Assembly: GCA_965112635.1 (NCBI GenBank)
Contig: OZ218778.1
Span: 2,112,001 to 2,176,000 of the forward strand
From: an uncultured bacterium
GTDB lineage: Bacteria; Oederibacteriota; Oederibacteriia; Oederibacteriales; Oederibacteriaceae
Reading direction: 5' to 3'
Length of the DNA stretch: 64,000 bases
How positions within the stretch are numbered: position 1 is the first letter of the stretch; every line of letters starts with the position of its first letter. Made by a program: the position numbers and the translations under genes. A model generated the notes under the pieces. The model was not told the DNA's origin and ran no database searches. It worked only from the letters and a program-made list of their open reading frames with translations. Shown piece by piece: positions 57,858-64,000 of the stretch.

Positions 57858-60660
57858 ATATTATTTAATTGTTTTGACAATTTTCTTATTTTTTATTGGG
57901 CAGTTTTTCTTTTTTATTGGTTTCCCTGTTGTTTGTTTTATTTTTTGTTTTCTTTGCTTCATTCCCTTATTTCTTTGGCCGCGTTTCAAGGATAGCAAAA
58001 TCAATAAAGAATGGTTCCCGGGAAGCAAGTCAGTTCTGCGAAGGAAACCCGCCGAACCTCAAAATAAAAAGACAAAAATTTTTAAGACAGATTATAACTT
58101 GAATAACATTCTTATTCTTTTGGCTCAGATAGCAGCTTTAGTTATTGCTTTATATTTGGGCATGTTGGGTCAAAAAGAATGGGCAGCTTTGAATAGAACT
58201 TCCGGCCTCGGTTATTATTTTATTGCTTCCATCTTTCTTTTAGTTGCTTTTTGGAATAAAGGGGGAGATGAATCTCCAGATTATCTTAAGCCTTTACCCA
58301 TTAAATTGGAGATAATTCTTTTCTTGATTGTCTTGGCAATCGGAGTTTTTTTTAGATTATATAAAATCACTTCGTTACCTAGTGGTAACTGGTATGATGA
58401 GGCAAGCAATGGTTTGATCGCACAAGAATTTCATGCCAATACGATTAGGGTTTATGTGCCAGAAGGTACCGAGCCTGCCCAATGGTTTTACTTCCTTAAT
58501 TTATTTCTTAGAGTTTTTGGAGTTACCACAACAACCTTAAGGTTTCAAGCTGCTTTTTTCGGTATTCTGACATTAGTTTCCCTCTATTTCCTTTTGAGAA
58601 TAGGTTGGAACCAACGAGCTGCACTTATAGGCACATTTCTATTGTCAGTTTCGCGGTGGCATGTCAATTTCAGTAGAATTAATTTTAATGCTATTCAGGC
58701 ACCTTTTTTAGAAGCAACTGTACTTTATTTTCTTTTACGAGGGCTTAAGTTTAATAATAAGGTTTCTTTTGTATTGGCTGGTTTGTGTCTGGGATTTTTT
58801 CTCCATTCTTATTTAGCTCTTAGGCTTTTCTTCGGGGTTATATTCCTATTTATTCTTTATAAAACACTGACAGCGCGAAATTTTATTAAGCAAAACATGT
58901 GGGGTTTGATCATTTGTTTAGTCGTTGCTTTATTAATAAGTAGTCCGATTATTTTTTATGCTTTGACTCATTCTGCCCAGTTCATGGGTAGATCAAATCA
59001 AGTTTCTATTTTCAATAATGTCCCTAAAAACCAATTATTACCGGTTCTTTGGAGCAATTTTAAGCTCACAATTTATCAATATACTGTTTGGGGTGACGGA
59101 AACGGGCGTCACAATCTTCCTACAGTTCCTCTTTTGGATTTTCTATCCTCTATATTTTGCACATTGGGTTTGGGTTTTGTGTGTTTTGATTTTATAGCAT
59201 CTTTTGCTTTACTGCCGGTGTTTGGCCGTAGGGTTTTTGTAGAACAAAGATCTTTAAATTTTCTCAATTTATGCTGGTTGGGGATCATGATAATGCCCGG
59301 AGTGTTAACTATAGAGGCGCCCCAAGCATTGCGAACTTTAGGTGCGGCTCCAGCAATTTTTATTTTTGCAGTTATTTTTATTGATAATGCTTGGAAGTTA
59401 TTCACAAAACTATTTGGAGCTACTTGGGAGCTGATATTTGTGATTTTGGTTTTAGTTAGTTTAATTCCGATTGCCGCTGCAAACTTCGATATTTATTTTC
59501 ACAGGCAGTTCGCTAATTGGGATGTGTGGCGATCCTTTTCTACTACTGAAATGGCTCAGGGGGAGTATATAAAAAGCTTAAACGGAAAATATAGGATTAT
59601 ATCCGACCACATTGATCACCCAACAATCAAGTTTATTGCTGGAGATTTAGCCAGCAGCTACCATTATTTTTATGCCTATCAAGATGTTCCAGTAAAAGAA
59701 TCTGCCGATAAGGGTATTGTTTATATTCTCCAGGGGTACCACGAAGCACTCATTCCTCTATTTAAATATTATTACCCCCATGGAAATCTACGGGAATTTA
59801 GAGACCCCTGGAATGAGCTCATGTTCTTTGGTTATGAAGTTGAAAAAGAGGAAGTCGCTGAAAATCAAGGTTTGATGGGTCAGTATTTTAAGAACGGTCA
59901 ACTTGTTGCCCAAAGGACCGATAGTGAGATTAATTTTGAATGGAGAAAAGATCAACTTCCGACCGGGAATAATTTATCGGTTCATTGGAAAGGCCAAATT
60001 TACTGTGCTGACAAGGGTAATTATTATTTTGGGATTCAATCTACCGAACCCTCGGTGTTGGTCGTTGATGGGAAAGTGCTTATTAATAGCTCTGGCGGAA
60101 TAAAAATGAGAAAAAACAGCCTCTATTTAATAGGAGGGATGCATGAAATTAAATTGGCTGGTGAGGCGATGGTTGGCGGGATATTGAAACTTTATGGCGG
60201 GCAAGCCCCACAACTTTTACAGATTGTTCCGTCTGCCAACCTTTGTGCGAAATTAACCTATCCAAATGGATTAAAGGGGTTGTATTACAGAGGGTTGCAA
60301 TGGAAGGAAACCCCAGAATTTTGCCTTAGTGCCCCTATGATTCAGTTTGAATGGGTCACAGATCCTATCCCTGCGCCATGGTCGGTCGAATGGCTTGGAA
60401 AAATCAAAATTAAAAAAGACGGGGAATATGTTTTTGGTCTTAATTCTAACAGGCATAGTGAATTAAAAATTAGCAATTCTGAGTTATTAAGTTTGGAAGG
60501 TGGTGAAAAGGAAGGCGCTATAAAACTTGACCGCGGTACCTATCCGATTCGAGTTAAATATGCGCAAGAAGGAGGTACATCATTAATAAAGTTATGGTGG
60601 ATAGCTCCAGGTATGAGTAAAGAGTGGGTTCCTCCTGAAGTTTTATTGCCGGAGAAATGA
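57850..60660 (+). CDS. GT-C (ArnT/PMT-like) glycosyltransferase with two C-terminal PA14 domains
   Basis: FFRLY...PSGNWYDE, SRWHVNFSR, many TM segments; PA14 patterns GLMGQYF...SVHWKGQI and GLKGLYY...SVEWLGKI...G-Y-F. Confidence 0.82.
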   Translation: MNKYYLIVLTIFLFFIGQFFFFIGFPVVCFIFCFLCFIPLFLWPRFKDSKINKEWFPGSKSVLRRKPAEPQNKKTKIFKTDYNLNNILILLAQIAALVIALYLGMLGQKEWAALNRTSGLGYYFIASIFLLVAFWNKGGDESPDYLKPLPIKLEIILFLIVLAIGVFFRLYKITSLPSGNWYDEASNGLIAQEFHANTIRVYVPEGTEPAQWFYFLNLFLRVFGVTTTTLRFQAAFFGILTLVSLYFLLRIGWNQRAALIGTFLLSVSRWHVNFSRINFNAIQAPFLEATVLYFLLRGLKFNNKVSFVLAGLCLGFFLHSYLALRLFFGVIFLFILYKTLTARNFIKQNMWGLIICLVVALLISSPIIFYALTHSAQFMGRSNQVSIFNNVPKNQLLPVLWSNFKLTIYQYTVWGDGNGRHNLPTVPLLDFLSSIFCTLGLGFVCFDFIASFALLPVFGRRVFVEQRSLNFLNLCWLGIMIMPGVLTIEAPQALRTLGAAPAIFIFAVIFIDNAWKLFTKLFGATWELIFVILVLVSLIPIAAANFDIYFHRQFANWDVWRSFSTTEMAQGEYIKSLNGKYRIISDHIDHPTIKFIAGDLASSYHYFYAYQDVPVKESADKGIVYILQGYHEALIPLFKYYYPHGNLREFRDPWNELMFFGYEVEKEEVAENQGLMGQYFKNGQLVAQRTDSEINFEWRKDQLPTGNNLSVHWKGQIYCADKGNYYFGIQSTEPSVLVVDGKVLINSSGGIKMRKNSLYLIGGMHEIKLAGEAMVGGILKLYGGQAPQLLQIVPSANLCAKLTYPNGLKGLYYRGLQWKETPEFCLSAPMIQFEWVTDPIPAPWSVEWLGKIKIKKDGEYVFGLNSNRHSELKISNSELLSLEGGEKEGAIKLDRGTYPIRVKYAQEGGTSLIKLWWIAPGMSKEWVPPEVLLPEK

Positions 60661-61370
60661 AATTGGCGAAACCAAGAACTCTTGTTGTTCTTCCTACCTA
60701 TAACGAAAAGGAAAATATTCAGGAAATGGCCAAGCAAATCAATGCCCTTGGCCAGGGTTTGGATATTTTGATAGTTGATGATAATTCCCCAGATGGAACC
60801 GGAGCTTTAGCGGATCGTCTTGCTAAAAAACATAAATTTGTCCATGTGCTACACCGGCCTGCTAAGCTTGGTTTGGGACAGGCCTACATTGCTGGATTCA
60901 AGTATGCCCTTTCAAAGAAATATGACTACATCATGGAAATGGATGCGGATTTCTCTCATGATCCCAAATATATTTTGCAATTTTTGTCTTCAATGAAGAA
61001 TTATGATTTAGTCATAGGATCACGATATGTTAATGGAATAAGCGTAGTTAATTGGTCGTTGTGGAGATTGCTATTGAGTATTTGTGGTGGGTTTTACGCC
61101 AAAATAATAACGGGGGTGCCCTTAACAGATCTAACTGGGGGATTTAAGTGTTTCAGAAGGAGAGTACTAGAAAATATTAATTTAGATGCGGTTTGTTCTG
61201 ACGGATATGCTTTTCAGATTGAAATGAATTATAGAGCATATAAATTGCAATATAAAATCAAAGAAATACCTATAATTTTTGTGGATCGCCGACAAGGAAT
61301 GTCAAAAATGTCTAAAAAAATCGTAGCCGAAGCTATTTTTACTCCTTGGAAATTAAGATTTGGCTGGTAA
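60657..61370 (+). CDS. Polyprenol-phosphate mannose synthase-like GT2
   Basis: PTYNEKENI, VDDNSPDGT, KLGLG, MDADFSHDP, GSRY, DLTGGFKCF, GYAFQIE. Confidence 0.92.
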   Translation: MKLAKPRTLVVLPTYNEKENIQEMAKQINALGQGLDILIVDDNSPDGTGALADRLAKKHKFVHVLHRPAKLGLGQAYIAGFKYALSKKYDYIMEMDADFSHDPKYILQFLSSMKNYDLVIGSRYVNGISVVNWSLWRLLLSICGGFYAKIITGVPLTDLTGGFKCFRRRVLENINLDAVCSDGYAFQIEMNYRAYKLQYKIKEIPIIFVDRRQGMSKMSKKIVAEAIFTPWKLRFGW

Positions 61371-61380
61371 GGGGAATTCT

Positions 61381-62238
61381 ATGGGGTTGTTCGAGAAAGT
61401 CGATCGTTGTGCTGTGTGTGGTTCAGAAAAATATAGGCCACTTTTTACGACAAAAAAGATCGTCCATGTAGTTAAATGTCTTGGTTGCGGTTTGAATTAT
61501 GCCAATCCACGTATAGTCCAGAATGAATTTCAAAAGATGTACCAGACAAAGGGATATTATGATACCTATATCATTAAAGAAGAGATTTTGGATAGAAGAT
61601 TGTTTCTAAGACGTCTGACGGCAATAGAACAATATAAAAAAACAGGAAGAATATTAGATATTGGTTGTGCTACCGGGTTCTTTTTGGATGGTGCTAAGTC
61701 AAGGGGTTGGGAGACTTGGGGAGTAGAAATTTCTAAATTTGCTTCGGAATATGCCAGAAAAAACTTTGGTTTAGATGTTTTTACAGGAACTTTGCGTGAG
61801 GCAAAATTTCACGGTGATTTATTTGATGTCATAGTAATGGATGATGTCATTGAACATGTCCCTTTCCCAATTACAGAGCTAGAGGAGGTATATAGGATAC
61901 TTAAGCCCAGCGGCATCTTGGCTTTGAATACCCCCAATGCCGGAGGCCTTCTAAGGCGGTTTATGGGGCGCAAGTGGTTTCATTTTAAGGAAGATCATTT
62001 GTTTTTCTTTTCTCACAAAACGATTAAATTAGCCTTGGAGAAGGCAGGTTTCAAGGTATTGGATATCAAACCTAGTGGTAAATTAGTTACTCTCAAAAGA
62101 TTAGTTGTGCGATTGTATCACTATGAAAGAGCAAAGCCGCTTGCAAGACTTCTGGATTGGATTTTTGATGAAGCGTTCTTTATGAAATGGTCTTTTTTTC
62201 TGCATACGGGGGCAATGACGGTTTATGCCACAAAATAA
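61381..62238 (+). CDS. Class I SAM-dependent methyltransferase with an N-terminal zinc ribbon
   Basis: CAVC...CLGC, ILDIGCATG, GVEIS, DVIEHV, LKPSG, TPN. Confidence 0.88.
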   Translation: MGLFEKVDRCAVCGSEKYRPLFTTKKIVHVVKCLGCGLNYANPRIVQNEFQKMYQTKGYYDTYIIKEEILDRRLFLRRLTAIEQYKKTGRILDIGCATGFFLDGAKSRGWETWGVEISKFASEYARKNFGLDVFTGTLREAKFHGDLFDVIVMDDVIEHVPFPITELEEVYRILKPSGILALNTPNAGGLLRRFMGRKWFHFKEDHLFFFSHKTIKLALEKAGFKVLDIKPSGKLVTLKRLVVRLYHYERAKPLARLLDWIFDEAFFMKWSFFLHTGAMTVYATK

Positions 62239-62278
62239 CTTTTTGCAGTAATTTATTGAAAAATAGGGGGCGTTGGCA

Positions 62279-64000
62279 TTGAAGGTAAAGGGTCCCGGGA
62301 AAATATTGTTGTGGTGCTTAAGAATCTTCTGGGTAGCCATTACATGTTTAGCCGTTTATTTAAGTGAAATGTCCCTCATGCAGGATGAGACTTTCAAGGC
62401 AATTTTGTATCTTGCTTTTGGGATTTTAGCCATTTTTACCTTTCCCAGGCCCGCATGGTTTACAAATTTCCAGCTATTAAAAAAGCGACACAATGCTTAC
62501 GCGGAAGTAGCCCTCAAGTCTTCCGATAAAAGAAGTATCCGGAAAACTGGAATAAAATCGAGAGTGATTTTATTTTCGGCACTTATAATAGTTATCTGTG
62601 GGCAAGCGCTGTTCACTATAGGTCAATTTTCAACAGGCAGTGGGCTGGAAATTAGCGCTATGGAGTTGAGGTTCTTTTTAGCTGGCCTGATAATTTATTT
62701 AATCGGTGCTTATGGTCTCATACTTCATTTCGACTCATCTGAATCTAAAGATTCAGGGAAGCAATTTAGCTGGGCCAAAGAAGCATTGTGTTTATTTTGT
62801 ATCATTCTTATTGCAGCATTTTTGCGGTACTTCAATTTGAGATTTATTCCCTCCGGAATCTACCTTGATGAGTGTGATTATGCTATTGAGGGGATAAAAA
62901 TACTCACTATCCCAGATTACCAGAATTTTATCAAACATCCCTATTGGCCAGGGGGTGGCGCTATCCCTTCCATGCATTTTTATTTCACGGCTCTTTCTTA
63001 CAAAATATTTGGTATTAACGCCTGGTCAATGAGACTTGTGCCTGCAACATTAGGGGTTCTTACTATTCCAGTGATTTATTGTTTTGCCAGATATATATTT
63101 AACGTACCAATAGCTTTAGTTGCAGCTTTTCTTTTAGCGGTGAGCCGGTGGCATATAAATTTTAGCCGCATTAATTTTAGTAGTTTACTTTGGCCCTTCC
63201 TAATTATGTCTACTTTCTATTTTTTCTTTATGGCTCTAGAGAAACAACGGAAATGGCTGGCGGCCCTTGCCGGCCTTTCCATGGGTTTGGCCATGAATAC
63301 CTATCACTCGGCGTATTTATTGCCATTTTTAGTATTTCTTTATGTTGTCTACAAAACTATTAAAAACCCTTTTTTTATAAAAAACAATGTTTTGGTTTTG
63401 ATAATCGTTTTTCTATGTTTTATGGCTGCCTATGCTCCTCTGCTAGTCTATACCATAAGAAATCCTGAAACAGTTTTCGAAAGGTTCAAAACCGCATCGG
63501 TTTGGAATGATATTGATAGGGCCGGTGGAAGTTGGAGACCGTTAATAGATAATATCTATCGTGTGTTAACCATGAATAATTTTAAAGGAGATCCGCGGCC
63601 AAGACATAATATTCCGCGTTGGCCGATGTTAGATCCTTTTACGGCGATATTTTTTACTGTAGGATTTTTCTATGCGTTACGAAATATTAAACAAGAAAAA
63701 TATTTATTCTTATTAGTCGTTTACATTGCTAACTTGCAGCCGGGTATCTTTTCTCTTTGGGATGCTGCGCCCCATTCGATCCGGGTTAACGGAACGCTCC
63801 CTGTTGTACTCATTTTTGCTGCTGTTTCTATGTATAAAACTTGGGAATCCCTATTGGAAGCTTTTCCAAAAATTAAAAGGTCCATCTTTATAACCTTTTT
63901 TATTTTGGTGCTGCTCGCCATAGGTTTTTATAATTTTTATATTTACTTTATTGTTCAGGCAAGGAATCACGATGTTTTTTACGATTTTGACCCAATGCAA
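62279..64000 (+). CDS. Second GT-C (ArnT/PMT-like) glycosyltransferase, truncated by the window end and absent from the ORF track
   Basis: Open frame from TTG 62279 (AGGGGG RBS): FLRYFNLRFIPSGIYLDE, LAVSRWHINFSRINF, GDPRPRHN; paralogous to 57850-60660. Confidence 0.85.
   Translation, partial: MKVKGPGKILLWCLRIFWVAITCLAVYLSEMSLMQDETFKAILYLAFGILAIFTFPRPAWFTNFQLLKKRHNAYAEVALKSSDKRSIRKTGIKSRVILFSALIIVICGQALFTIGQFSTGSGLEISAMELRFFLAGLIIYLIGAYGLILHFDSSESKDSGKQFSWAKEALCLFCIILIAAFLRYFNLRFIPSGIYLDECDYAIEGIKILTIPDYQNFIKHPYWPGGGAIPSMHFYFTALSYKIFGINAWSMRLVPATLGVLTIPVIYCFARYIFNVPIALVAAFLLAVSRWHINFSRINFSSLLWPFLIMSTFYFFFMALEKQRKWLAALAGLSMGLAMNTYHSAYLLPFLVFLYVVYKTIKNPFFIKNNVLVLIIVFLCFMAAYAPLLVYTIRNPETVFERFKTASVWNDIDRAGGSWRPLIDNIYRVLTMNNFKGDPRPRHNIPRWPMLDPFTAIFFTVGFFYALRNIKQEKYLFLLVVYIANLQPGIFSLWDAAPHSIRVNGTLPVVLIFAAVSMYKTWESLLEAFPKIKRSIFITFFILVLLAIGFYNFYIYFIVQARNHDVFYDFDPMQ

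Noticed and set aside
1-64000. tRNA, rRNA, transposase or integrase genes
   Set aside because: No cloverleaf or T-loop signature in the intergenic gaps and no DDE or tyrosine-recombinase motifs seen by eye; a covariance-model scan was not possible.

Overview
A bacterial chromosomal window, probably from an uncultured diderm anaerobe (LptE, a PorV-like barrel, rubrerythrin, an anaerobic sulfatase maturase). It is mostly + strand housekeeping genes: apgM end, lysC, cimA, valS, nadC, birA, coaX, udg, priA-def-fmt, htpX, a frameshifted accA, nfeD/SPFH, pfk, speD-speE-decarboxylase, dprA-topA, lptE-holA, rpsT, murJ and a GT-C surface-glycosylation cluster that runs off the end. Two accessory blocks interrupt this. 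(i) 15.9-24.6 kb: three URO-D/MtaA-like proteins, an MBL hydrolase, a sulfatase maturase and two divergent Cys-type sulfatases. (ii) About 24.6-32.3 kb: a defence-island-like region. It has an inverted array of 11-12-mers before a membrane-anchored wHTH gene and an orphan CpaC-like secretin, nested structured direct repeats around a PD-(D/E)XK nuclease and an ArsR gene, and an NcoI-like type II R-M pair. It also has the best candidate for an undescribed system: an AT-rich operon of four tiny helix+HTH proteins (one missed by the ORF track) followed by an atypical GGDEF enzyme with a basic N-terminal domain. A 63-nt palindromic element also appears to be inserted in frame in priA. No rRNA, tRNA, CRISPR array, transposase or integrase was seen. 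All family calls come from motif recognition by eye, without database searches.
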